Source: an uncultured Candidatus Rokubacteria bacterium
GTDB taxonomy: Bacteria; Methylomirabilota; Methylomirabilia; Rokubacteriales; DASRDR01
Direction of reading: 5' to 3'
DNA: 64,000 nucleotides
NCBI GenBank assembly: GCA_963805625.1
Contig: CAWDVE010000025.1
Coordinates: 30,726 to 94,725, forward strand
Below, piece by piece: positions 1 through 8,456 of this stretch; the stretch's first letter is position 1, and every line of letters begins with the position of its first letter. Made by a program: the position numbers and the translations under genes. Under the pieces are notes generated by a model. That model made no database searches and was not told where the DNA came from. It saw only the letters and a program-made list of their open reading frames with translations.

Positions 1-72
1 TCCGTGCACCTTCTCCCACACGCGGGCGAGCCGCGGATCCGAGATGCGAAGGTCGTCGACGACGCTGCCCAT
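1..72 (-). CDS. 5' end of a gene running off the window; resembles the N-terminus of radical SAM aminofutalosine synthase MqnE
   Basis: Translates as MGSVVDDLRISDPRLARVWEKVHG, with GGAGG upstream. Family guess rests on only 24 aa. Confidence 0.4.
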   Translation of the reverse strand, partial: MGSVVDDLRISDPRLARVWEKVHG

Positions 73-115
73 ACTCGCCTCCACCGGACTCGGGTAGAGC
101 CTCCGTCTCTGGAAA

Positions 116-161
116 ACCGACCAGTCGGTCGGTGAGATTGTAGCATTCGCCATGGTATAGT
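116..161. promoter_or_regulatory. Divergent promoter region with a palindromic TetR-like operator
   Basis: ACCGACC-AGTC-GGTCGGT inverted repeat (116-133). Extended -10 TGGTATAGT on + (153-161) and TGCTACAAT on - (137-145). Confidence 0.55.
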
Positions 162-206
162 GCGGGTCGATCGACGGAGGATTTTGATCGCCTCGGGAGG
201 ACGCCC

Positions 207-659
207 ATGTCGGAGCCGAGCCGCCAGTACTTCGAGGACATCCAGGTGGGCGACGAGTACCTGTCTCCGGGTCGCACCATCACCGAGGCGGACATCGTCG
301 CGTTCGCGGGGCTGTCGGGAGACTACAATGTCCTCCACACGGACGCCGAGTTCATGAAGAGCTCCATCTTCGGCGAGCGCATCGCCCATGGACTCCTGGG
401 GCTCTCGATCTCGTCGGGCCTCGGCGCGCGGGCCGTCGCGCGCCCCTTCGCCACGCTCGCCTTCCTGGGGCTTCGTTGGCGATTCAAGGGGCCGATCAAG
501 ATCGGCGACACGATCAAGGTCCGCATGAAGGTCACCGACAAGAAGGAGACCTCGAAGCCCGACCGCGGGATCGTCACGATCCAGCGCGCCGTTCTCAACC
601 AGCGGGGAGAGCTTGTCCAGGAGGGGGACACGGAGCTCATGATCGAGCGCCGGAAGTAG
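207..659 (+). CDS. MaoC/PaaZ-type hotdog-fold (R)-enoyl-CoA hydratase
   Basis: YFEDI..G...SPGRTITEADI..FAGLSGDYNVLH..IAHG motif; GGAGG RBS. Confidence 0.9.
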   Translation: MSEPSRQYFEDIQVGDEYLSPGRTITEADIVAFAGLSGDYNVLHTDAEFMKSSIFGERIAHGLLGLSISSGLGARAVARPFATLAFLGLRWRFKGPIKIGDTIKVRMKVTDKKETSKPDRGIVTIQRAVLNQRGELVQEGDTELMIERRK

Positions 660-668
660 CGGCGGCCG

Positions 669-1097
669 ATGCCGCGCTACTTCGAGGACCTCGAGGTCGG
701 CGACGGGTTTGAGTCCCCGGGCCGCACGATCACCGAGGCCGACGTCGTGAGCTTCGCCGCGATCTCCGGCGACCAGGAGATCCTCGATTTCACGACGGGC
801 GAGGCGGGCCTCCCGCCCTTGGTGCCGGAGCTCCTGATCATGGTCATGAGCTCCGGGCTGGGCTTCCGGGCCCCTGCCGAGACGCCCCAGGTTCTCGCCT
901 TCATGGTGTTCGATCTCCACAACCGCCTTCCCGTGCGTGTCGGGGACACCATTCGGTGTCGCATCCGCGTGGCGGGGAAGCGGCCGATGAAGGATGGCGG
1001 CGTCATCGTCGAGCAGCGTCAGATCGTGAACCAGCGAGGCGACGTGGTCCAGGAGACGGAGTACAAGCTCCTGGTCGCGCGCCGACCCCGGGAGTGA
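669..1097 (+). CDS. Second MaoC-family hotdog protein, lacking the catalytic His
   Basis: YFEDLEVGD..SPGRTITEADV..SGDQEILD; paralog of the upstream gene. Confidence 0.85.
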   Translation: MPRYFEDLEVGDGFESPGRTITEADVVSFAAISGDQEILDFTTGEAGLPPLVPELLIMVMSSGLGFRAPAETPQVLAFMVFDLHNRLPVRVGDTIRCRIRVAGKRPMKDGGVIVEQRQIVNQRGDVVQETEYKLLVARRPRE

Positions 1098-1184
1098 CGA
1101 TGGGATGAGCCCCCAGGCCGCCACAGGCCGAAGGCCGTGCGACGAATCCCGTCCGATCGCCTCCCGCGGGGCCAGGGTGGCCCA

Positions 1185-1973
1185 GTGAGCGCGGAGCCGC
1201 GCTGGCGCGGGCTCCTCTACCGCGTCTACGCCCGGCGGCTCGAGGCCGAGGTGCGGCGGCGGCCCACGCCCCAGCACGTCGGCATCATCCTCGACGGGAA
1301 CCGGCGCTGGGCGCGGGCGCAGGGGCGGGACCCCGTGGACGCGTACCGGCTCGGGGCGGCGAAGCTCGACGAGGTCCTAGCCTGGTGCGTCGACCTCGGC
1401 ATCCCCGCCGTGACCCTCTGGGCGTGCTCCACCGAGAACCTCGGGCGGGCCCCGGAGGAGCTACGCGGCCTCCTCTCGGTGATCGAGAACAAGCTCAGCG
1501 CGCTCGCCGACGACCCGCGTATCCATCGGCGGCGGATCCGGGTCCGGGCGGTCGGGAAGCTCGACCTCCTACCCGACTCCACGCTGGCGGCCATCCAGCG
1601 CGCCGAGCAGGCCACGGCGGGCTACGCCGACGCCGTGCTCACGTTCGCCCTGGCATACGGCGGTCGCCAGGAGATCGCGGACGCGGTCCGGCGCCTCGTG
1701 CGGGACCGCGCCAAGCAAGGCGGAACGCTCGACGAGATCGTCGACGCCGTGACCCAGGAGGAGATCTCCCGGTACCTGTACGCTCCGGACCTGCCGGACC
1801 CCGACCTGATCATCCGGACCTCCGGCGAGGTCCGCCTGTCGGGCTTCCTCCTGTGGCAGAGCGCGTACAGCGAGTTCTACTTCTGCGACGTCCACTGGCC
1901 GGAGTTCCGCAAGATCGATTTCCTCCGCGCGCTCCGGAGCTACCAGCAGCGGGACCGGCGCTTCGGCGCGTGA
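1185..1973 (+). CDS. uppS: cis-prenyltransferase (UppS family)
   Basis: HVGIILDGNRRWA, STEN, YGGRQEI, PDPDLIIRTSGEVRLSGFLLWQSAYSE, RRFG motifs. Confidence 0.92.
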   Translation: MSAEPRWRGLLYRVYARRLEAEVRRRPTPQHVGIILDGNRRWARAQGRDPVDAYRLGAAKLDEVLAWCVDLGIPAVTLWACSTENLGRAPEELRGLLSVIENKLSALADDPRIHRRRIRVRAVGKLDLLPDSTLAAIQRAEQATAGYADAVLTFALAYGGRQEIADAVRRLVRDRAKQGGTLDEIVDAVTQEEISRYLYAPDLPDPDLIIRTSGEVRLSGFLLWQSAYSEFYFCDVHWPEFRKIDFLRALRSYQQRDRRFGA

Positions 1974-3118
1974 GTCACGGGGCTCCGGGCCCTCGAGCCG
2001 TGCCCCGGATCCTGATCCTGTCCGCTCCATACGGCGCCGGCCACCTGCGCGCCGCGGAGGCGCTGGCCCGGGCTCTCGCGGGCGAGGGTGCGCGCGTCGA
2101 GATCCTCGACCACTTCGTCCGCTTCTTGCCGCCGGCCTTCGTGCGGGCCTCGCTCACGATGTTCTGGGGCATTCTTCGCTGCGCTCCGGGTCTGTGGGGG
2201 CTCGCCTACGAGTTCTCGGCGCGGATCGGTCCCCGGTCGCCCGTCATGGCGGGGATGGACCGGATCGGCGCGTGGGGCTTGCTGCGCCATCTCGAACGAG
2301 AGCGCCCCGACGCCGTCGTGCACCTCCACCCGACGCCCGCCGGAGCCATGGCGTGGCTCCGTGCCCGCGGCGAGACGGCGGTGCCGCACGGGATCGTGTT
2401 CACGGACTTCGCCGCGCATCCGCAGTGGATCCACGCGGGCCTGGAGCGCTACTTCGTGCCCACCGAGGCCGTGCGCGCAGGCGTCGTGGCCCACGGCATC
2501 TCACCGAACCGGGTAGTCGCGAGCGGCCTGCCCGTGGATTCCGCCTTCATGGTCCCGCCGGAGCGGCTGGCGCTCCGGGCGGCGCTCGGGTTGCCGGCGG
2601 ACGTTCCGGTCGTGCTCGTCACCGGCGGCATGCGCGGGCTCCTCCGGGGAGTCGCGGAGGCGTGCGAGGCGCTGGCCTCGCTCGACCGACCATTCATCGC
2701 AATCGCGGTCTGCGGGGACCACCGCCGGCTCGCCGCCCGGCTCCGCCGGCGGCACGAGGGGGACGGGAGGTTCCGGATCCTCGACCGTGTGCCGGACATG
2801 GCGCAGGTGATGGGGGCCGCCGACTTCGTCGTCTCGAAGGCGGGTGCCATGACCTGCGCCGAGGCGCTCGCGCTCGGGCGGCCGCTCCTGCTGCACCGCT
2901 CCCTCCCGGGCCAGGAGCGGGCCAATGAGGACTGCCTGGTCGCGGCGGGGGCGGCGCTCCGCGCGCGAAACGAGCGGGAGCTCCGGCGGTGTCTGGACGC
3001 CCTCCTGGGCGAGCCCGAGCTCCGCGCGGCGCTCGCCGCGATGGCGCGAAGCCTGCGGCGCCCGGATGCGGGACGGATCGTGGCCAAGGAGATGCTCGCC
3101 CTCCTGGGGCGGGAATGA
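1970..3118 (+). CDS. MGDG-synthase/UgtP-like GT28 glycosyltransferase
   Basis: ILSAPYGAGHLRAAEAL, TDFAAHPQW, SKAGAMTCAEAL, PGQERAN; GTG overlaps the uppS stop. Confidence 0.85.
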   Translation: MSHGAPGPRAVPRILILSAPYGAGHLRAAEALARALAGEGARVEILDHFVRFLPPAFVRASLTMFWGILRCAPGLWGLAYEFSARIGPRSPVMAGMDRIGAWGLLRHLERERPDAVVHLHPTPAGAMAWLRARGETAVPHGIVFTDFAAHPQWIHAGLERYFVPTEAVRAGVVAHGISPNRVVASGLPVDSAFMVPPERLALRAALGLPADVPVVLVTGGMRGLLRGVAEACEALASLDRPFIAIAVCGDHRRLAARLRRRHEGDGRFRILDRVPDMAQVMGAADFVVSKAGAMTCAEALALGRPLLLHRSLPGQERANEDCLVAAGAALRARNERELRRCLDALLGEPELRAALAAMARSLRRPDAGRIVAKEMLALLGRE

Positions 3119-3828
3119 CCGTGCGCAGTGGCTGGTGGGCAGCGGGTGCGGGCGCCGCGGTGTGGGCCGCCTACGCCTGGGGAGCGCAGTGCATCCTGCC
3201 CGCGGTCGCCTGGCGGCGCGGGCCGGAGGGCAGACACCAGGTCGCGCTCACCTTCGACGACGGACCCGATCCGGGGGCGACGCCTCGGCTCCTGCGGCTT
3301 CTGGACGCGCGCGATGTCCGGGCCACCTTCTTTCTGATCGGCGAGCGCGCGGTGCGGCATCCGGACGTGGTGCGGGCGATCGCCGCCGCGGGCCACGAGA
3401 TCGGCAACCATACCTGGCGGCACCGTAACGCGTGGCTCCTTCCCCCGGCCGCCGCGGCGCGGGAGATCACCGAGGGAGCGCGCATCCTGGGGGACATCCT
3501 CGGTCGGCCTCCGCACCTCTACCGGCCTCCCTGGGGTATCGTCAACGCGGCAGCCTTGGCCACGGTCCGCCGACTCGGGCTGGTCACGGTCCTCTGGTCC
3601 GTCCAGCACGAAGGTCTCCGTCCTCGGTCTCCGGCCGCCCAGCTCCGCCACGTCGCGGACCGCCTCCACGACGGCGCGATCGTCGACCTTCATGACGCGC
3701 CCGGGCTGCCGGGCGCACCCGAGCGGCTTCTGGCCACGATGCCTGGACTGCTGGACGTCCTGGAAGCGCGCGGGTACGCCGCCGTCTCGGTGGGAGAGCT
3801 TCTCGCCGGGGCGCCGGCCGCCGGGTAG
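3115..3828 (+). CDS. Polysaccharide deacetylase (CE4/NodB)
   Basis: VALTFDDGP, HEIGNHTWRH, YRPPWG, IVDLHD; N-terminal hydrophobic anchor. Confidence 0.9.
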   Translation: MTVRSGWWAAGAGAAVWAAYAWGAQCILPAVAWRRGPEGRHQVALTFDDGPDPGATPRLLRLLDARDVRATFFLIGERAVRHPDVVRAIAAAGHEIGNHTWRHRNAWLLPPAAAAREITEGARILGDILGRPPHLYRPPWGIVNAAALATVRRLGLVTVLWSVQHEGLRPRSPAAQLRHVADRLHDGAIVDLHDAPGLPGAPERLLATMPGLLDVLEARGYAAVSVGELLAGAPAAG

Positions 3829-3974
3829 GTCCAGCAGCCGAGCCGGTCTGCGCGCCCGGGCTTCTTCATGTCCGGCTATCGCGCTCGTCGGATCGGCCCG
3901 CGAAAATTCTTGGGATGTCCACCATCGGCGCCGTAGTCTGACGGTGAGTAACTCAATCTGCGGAGGTGTTCTCG

Positions 3975-4265
3975 ATGGGACGTCGGCTAACGGTGGTGGC
4001 GGTCACGATCTGCCTCGGAGCGAGCGGCGCGTGGGCTCAGAGCCCGGCTCCGAAGAACAGCAGCGACTCGGAGTACACCGACACGGTGTTCGCCACCGAC
4101 CAGCACATGGGGTTCTCGATCCGGACCACCATCGTCCAGTGGCTTGGCGGCATCGACGTCGCCCGGGAGAAAGACGCCAAGGCCGCCGAGAAGGAAGGCT
4201 GGTGGGGCGAGCCCGTGCCGCAGGTCCCCCCGGAGCTGGCGCAGGCGCCGAAGTCCGACCGCTAG
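3975..4265 (+). CDS. Small secreted hypothetical protein
   Basis: GGAGG RBS; signal peptide ending AWA-Q; GC3-rich codons. Confidence 0.65.
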   Translation: MGRRLTVVAVTICLGASGAWAQSPAPKNSSDSEYTDTVFATDQHMGFSIRTTIVQWLGGIDVAREKDAKAAEKEGWWGEPVPQVPPELAQAPKSDR

Positions 4266-4371
4266 TTCCACGTCCCGCCCGCCCCTGGCGCGGCCTCACC
4301 CGCTGACGCCTGCTGTCAGCTGCGCACGGCCCGGCCCACTTCCGGGGTCCGGCGCCGTGCGCTAGAATGCC

Positions 4372-4556
4372 GTCCGCTCCGCCATATCCCATCATGTTCA
4401 GGAGGCGGAGGCCGCCCTGATCCCCGTCGCGCACACGACTGGCGGGGAGTTTCACGCCGCTCCGCGAGTCCCCCCGCGCGAGCGGACCTACTGGGACGCC
4501 TGGGGACGGAAGCGCTAGGTCTTCGGTGCGGGCGCGCCGGAACTCGGCGCGCCCGC
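4372..4556 (+). ncRNA. Candidate structured non-coding RNA, family unknown
   Basis: TAGAAT -10 at 4363-4368; several hand-paired stems; ends in a 12-bp hairpin; no convincing ORF. Confidence 0.35.
4528..4556. terminator. 12-bp GC hairpin between convergent units
   Basis: GCGGGCGCGCCG-GAACT-CGGCGCGCCCGC; no U-tract. Confidence 0.55.
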
Positions 4557-4566
4557 CGGCGTCCCG

Positions 4567-5097
4567 CTAGTCCTGGCCCTTCAGGAGAAGCTTGACGACC
4601 TGAGGCGCCATCGCGCGCGCCCGCTGGTCGAGCTCGGCCTCCGTCAGGTTCGCGATCGGGTGGGGCATGAGCAGAAACCGGTACGCGGGCACGCCCCATT
4701 GCTCGGCCATGGCCCGGCCCGTGAGCTCGAACACATCGGTGACGATCGAGACCGAGGGCACGCCTGCCTTCTCCAGCACGATTCCGTCGAGCACACTGCC
4801 CGACGAGCAGGACCCTCAGTCGCCGATGCCGGCGACCATCACGTCGCAGGTCGCCCGGAGCTCCTGGACGATCTCGTCATGAGCGGGGACGCTCGCGTTG
4901 TGCTTTCGCCACATGCGCGCGTCGGCCGCCCCGTACTCGGCCACCAGGATGTCGCCGATCTTCTGGAGCAGGCGGTCGGAGTTGAACTTCGTGTTCTCGA
5001 CCAGGCCGACACGCTTTCCCGCGAGCGAGCCCGGCCGGGCGACGAACTTGAGCGGCTGCGTCGAGACCTCGACGGTCGGATCCAGGACCTCGATCAT
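4567..5097 (-). CDS. UGSC-family selenoprotein (176 aa, Sec94 at in-frame TGA 4816-4818)
   Basis: Two in-frame ORF pieces join across TGA as ...VAGIGD-U-GSCSSGSVLDG..., giving a UxxC motif. AGGAGG RBS; downstream SECIS-like hairpin. Confidence 0.88.
4785..4805 (-). promoter_or_regulatory. Bacterial SECIS-like hairpin
   Basis: mRNA CGUCGGGCA-GUG-UGCUCGACG: 9-bp stem with one G-U pair and a G-first loop, beginning 10 nt after the UGA. Confidence 0.7.
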
Positions 5098-6134
5098 CGC
5101 TTGACCTCCTTGGTCACGGCCTGGGAGGAGCGCTTGCCGCCCCAGCCCGGGATGTAGCAGGAGAAGGCGCCCGCCCGGCCACCGGCCGCCACGACGAAGA
5201 TGTCGTCGGGAGACTCGACGAGTGGCCGCATTCGCGTCTCGTCGTCCGGCTGGGCGGTTCCGGCCATCTGGTGCGTGCGCTTCAGGTGAGCGTGCGAGTT
5301 CTTCGTGTGCGTGAAGAGGAACTCGCGGATCATCGCCTTGGTCCAGCCGTCCCCGGCGATCGTGCGCATGTGCTCGCCGGCGAGCACGACCACGAACTGC
5401 GGTTGGCCCATCAGGTTCCCGGAGCTCCGCATGTCGTCCGCGAGGGTGGTCAGCACGCCCTCCGCGGTGTTCGAGAGCTGGTTGTAGAACTGCCGGGGCG
5501 CCGCCGCGGCCACGACGGTCACGGCACTCTGGTCCGGACGGAGGCCGCGCTCCACGTGGAGGGGCGGCCAGGGACTCTCGGCCTCGTTCTCGGCGATCAC
5601 GTAGGAGAGCTTGCCCGGGTGCCCGAGCGTGCCCCGGTCGAGGGTGCCGGGCCGGGAGCCGCAGACGTTCCGCATCACGAGACGGACGGCGCGCCCGATC
5701 GTCAGGTTGGCCCGCCACCCGGGCCCGAAGAGGTTGTCGCCGGCGTTGACGTCCAGCTCGCGCGCCACCGGCCCGTTGACGACGATGAGGACCGCGGCCC
5801 CGGCCGTCGAGGTTCCCGGCCCATGGTAGCTCCAGCGCGGGTCTCCGATGCCCTCGATGGCCGCGACGACGACCGGCATGTACTCGGGCCGGCACCCAGC
5901 CATGACGGCGTTGATGGCGACCTTCTCGGCGGTGACGGAGACCGCCCGGTGGGCGACGTAGGTGATCTCGTGGGCGGGGTCGAGGTGGGCGGCCGCGAGC
6001 ATCCGCTCCACTCGCTCCGGGGTGGGGGGGACGACGGGAAGGCCGTCCGTCCATCCCCGCGCAAAGCAGAGCTCGATCGCGTCGGCGTCGTCCGCGGCTC
6101 TGTGGCGTTTCGAGGTCAGCGTGGCCGCGCCCAT
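5094..6134 (-). CDS. Uncharacterised UGSC-associated protein
   Basis: GWTDGLPVVPPTPERV..EKVAINAVMAGC.PEYMPVV..ANLTIGRA..ENE.ESPW; stop overlaps the UGSC start. Confidence 0.85.
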   Translation of the reverse strand: MGAATLTSKRHRAADDADAIELCFARGWTDGLPVVPPTPERVERMLAAAHLDPAHEITYVAHRAVSVTAEKVAINAVMAGCRPEYMPVVVAAIEGIGDPRWSYHGPGTSTAGAAVLIVVNGPVARELDVNAGDNLFGPGWRANLTIGRAVRLVMRNVCGSRPGTLDRGTLGHPGKLSYVIAENEAESPWPPLHVERGLRPDQSAVTVVAAAAPRQFYNQLSNTAEGVLTTLADDMRSSGNLMGQPQFVVVLAGEHMRTIAGDGWTKAMIREFLFTHTKNSHAHLKRTHQMAGTAQPDDETRMRPLVESPDDIFVVAAGGRAGAFSCYIPGWGGKRSSQAVTKEVKR

Positions 6135-6151
6135 CGCGATGGCGCCGGGGG

Positions 6152-6355
6152 TCAGCGGGCCTTCTCGGCCGCCTGGAACCCTACCTTGTTGTGCGTGCCG
6201 TCGCAGAATGGCTTGTTGGCCGAGTGCCCGCACCGGCAGAGGGCGATGGTGTCGCTCGTGAGAGTGAACTCCTTGCCTTCCGCGTCGATCAGGTGAACCG
6301 GACCCTTCACGAGGTACGGGCCGTTCATGCGGGTCGTGATGCTCGGCTTCTCCAC
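6152..6355 (-). CDS. CDGSH-type [2Fe-2S] domain protein
   Basis: NGPYLVKG..ALCRCGHSANKPFCDGTH; AAGGAGG RBS before GTG. Confidence 0.9.
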   Translation of the reverse strand: MEKPSITTRMNGPYLVKGPVHLIDAEGKEFTLTSDTIALCRCGHSANKPFCDGTHNKVGFQAAEKAR

Positions 6356-6420
6356 GTCACGCCTCCTTGGCACGGCCCGGAGGGGGCCTGGGGTCGGTTT
6401 GGCCACGAGTCTCATCGGAC

Positions 6421-6450
6421 AGGATGGAGAGTTTCCACGCCGCCTGTCAA
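6421..6450 (-). promoter_or_regulatory. Putative sigma70 promoter of the CDGSH-UGSC operon
   Basis: TTGACA-18 nt-CATCCT on the minus strand. Confidence 0.45.
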
Positions 6451-6505
6451 TTGGATGGTGGGAGCTCGGGTTGAGGTTCCGCGCGACAGCGGCGACCGCC
6501 GCCGT

Positions 6506-7708
6506 TCAGCGAGGCAGGGCACCGAGCCCCCCGACGGCCGCGCCCCCGGCCACGAGCCACGCGGAATTGAGCCGTGTCGCCAGCAGGATGGCGGCGGCCG
6601 CCAGGGCAAGGGCGGTCGTGAGCCAGTCCACGAGGGCGGCGCGCCCCAGCTCCCAGGTGACCGTTGCCATCAGCGCCACCGAGGCGGCATTCGCGCCGTC
6701 GAGGAATGCGCCGGCCCAGGGTGATCGTCTGAGCCGCGGGATGAACGGGCTCGACAGCGCCACGAACACGAAGGACGGCAGGAAGATTCCCACGGTTGCC
6801 ACGATCGCGCCCGGCACCCGGGCGACGAGGTAACCGATGAAGGTCGCGGTGGTGAGAACGGGCCCGGGGGTGAACTGGCCGACCGCGACGGCGTCCAGCA
6901 ACTGTGCGTCGGTGAGCCAGTGGGTCCGCTCGACCAGGTCCGGCCGGAGGAACGCCAGGAGGACGTAGCCGCTCCCGAAGAGGATCGAGCCGACCTTGAG
7001 GAAGATGAGCGCGAGCTGCGGGAGGATGGCGTTCCCGCTCGCCGGTGTGCCGGCGAGCGGGGCGAGCCCGGCCGTGCTCGAGAGACCGAGGCCGAAGAGC
7101 CCTCCTCCCGGGGCCAGCGTCCGGGTGCCTCCCGTCCTCACCACGCTGCGGAGGAGAGGCAAGCCGAGCGCCGCGGCGAACAGGAGCACGACCTCGTTGG
7201 CGCCCCGAAGGGCGAGGACGAGGACCGCCAGCGCGACGGCGGCGACGATCGGGGTGGCGATGGCCTTCCGGGCGAGGCTCCACACGGCCTGGACCACGAC
7301 GGCGATGATCACCGGTTTGACGCCGTAGAGGATCCACCCGGCCTCGGGAAGACGTCCGTAGCGGGCGTACGCGATCGCCAGGGCGAGCGTGATCAGCATC
7401 GCCGGCAGGATGAAGCACGCACCGCCCGCGACGAGACCCGGCCAGCCCGCGCGCACGAACCCGATGTGAATCGCCATCTCCGTCGAATTCGGACCGGGGA
7501 TGAGATTGGTCGCTCCGAGGAGATCGAGGAACTGCGCGCGAGTGAGCCACTGCCTCCGCCGGACGACCTCATCCTCCATCAGCGCGATGTGGGCGGCCGG
7601 GCCGCCGAAGCCGATCACGCCGAGCTTGAGGAAGAGGCGCGCCACCTCTCCGGCGCTGCCCCGCGGCGCGGGAGTTCCAGCGAGCGGTTCGGTGACCTCG
7701 TCGCGCAT
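6506..7708 (-). CDS. chrA: Chromate efflux transporter (long CHR family)
   Basis: FLKLGVIGFGGPAAHIA, LIPGPNSTE, FGSGYVL, GQFTPGP. Confidence 0.92.
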   Translation of the reverse strand: MRDEVTEPLAGTPAPRGSAGEVARLFLKLGVIGFGGPAAHIALMEDEVVRRRQWLTRAQFLDLLGATNLIPGPNSTEMAIHIGFVRAGWPGLVAGGACFILPAMLITLALAIAYARYGRLPEAGWILYGVKPVIIAVVVQAVWSLARKAIATPIVAAVALAVLVLALRGANEVVLLFAAALGLPLLRSVVRTGGTRTLAPGGGLFGLGLSSTAGLAPLAGTPASGNAILPQLALIFLKVGSILFGSGYVLLAFLRPDLVERTHWLTDAQLLDAVAVGQFTPGPVLTTATFIGYLVARVPGAIVATVGIFLPSFVFVALSSPFIPRLRRSPWAGAFLDGANAASVALMATVTWELGRAALVDWLTTALALAAAAILLATRLNSAWLVAGGAAVGGLGALPR

Positions 7709-7753
7709 CGGGGCTCTCCTGCGGCGGAGTATACTCGGACCGGAGGCGCCCGC

Positions 7754-8449
7754 ATGAGAGGGGATGTGAAGCAGGCGCGCGGGCGCGCGCCGGGAGACGG
7801 CAGGGGTGACGGGGGCCTCTCGCCCACGCTGGTCGCGTGGCTCGCCGAGGAGCCGCTTCACGGTCGCGCCGTGCTGGATGTCGGGACTGGAACCGGCCGC
7901 CTCGCCCTCCACCTCGCCGCCCGGGCCCGGCGCGTGCTCGGGATCGACACCGATGCGGGCGCGCTCGTCGAGGCGCAACGTCACGCGCGTCTGGCAGGGC
8001 TCGGCAACGTCCTCTTCGTGGTGGCGGACGCCGAGCAAGTCGACTACCGGGCGTTCGGCCAGCCCGACCTCGTGGTCGCGCACCTCTGCATGTCCGACGC
8101 GATCGTCGCCCGGGCCGGAGCCAGCCTTCCGCCGGGTGGCGTCCTTGCCTTCGCGGCATTCCACACCGACCAGTGGCGGGAGACGGGCCGCGTGTCGCGC
8201 TTCGCCTACGGGGCCGACCGGGCTCGCGCCGTGCTGGGCGACGCCGGCCTGCGCGTCGAGCGCCTCGAGGTGGAGGCCGAGATCGCCCGCTTCTCGTCGG
8301 CGGCGGAGGCCCTGGCCGGGGTCGCCGGTCTGCGCTCCCGATGGGAGGCTGACGGGCGCTGGGCGGCCTGGGAGCGATTCGTCGCCGAGGGCGGCCGGAC
8401 ACTCACCCAGAGCCGGCTGGTCGTCCTCGCGCGGCGCGATGCGGTCTGA
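7754..8449 (+). CDS. Class I SAM-dependent methyltransferase
   Basis: VLDVGTGTGRLA..VLGID..ADAE; GGAGG RBS. Confidence 0.85.
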   Translation: MRGDVKQARGRAPGDGRGDGGLSPTLVAWLAEEPLHGRAVLDVGTGTGRLALHLAARARRVLGIDTDAGALVEAQRHARLAGLGNVLFVVADAEQVDYRAFGQPDLVVAHLCMSDAIVARAGASLPPGGVLAFAAFHTDQWRETGRVSRFAYGADRARAVLGDAGLRVERLEVEAEIARFSSAAEALAGVAGLRSRWEADGRWAAWERFVAEGGRTLTQSRLVVLARRDAV

Positions 8450-8456
8450 CCGCGCC

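Noticed and set aside
4425-4505. ZMP/ZTP (pfl) riboswitch-like words GACTGGCG and CGCCTGGG
   Set aside because: The P3 stem cannot form and there is no downstream sense gene to regulate.
4266-4566. tRNA-Sec or 6S RNA next to the selenoprotein
   Set aside because: No TTCAAA anticodon arm, T-loop or CCA; no long 6S-like rod with a central bubble could be paired convincingly.
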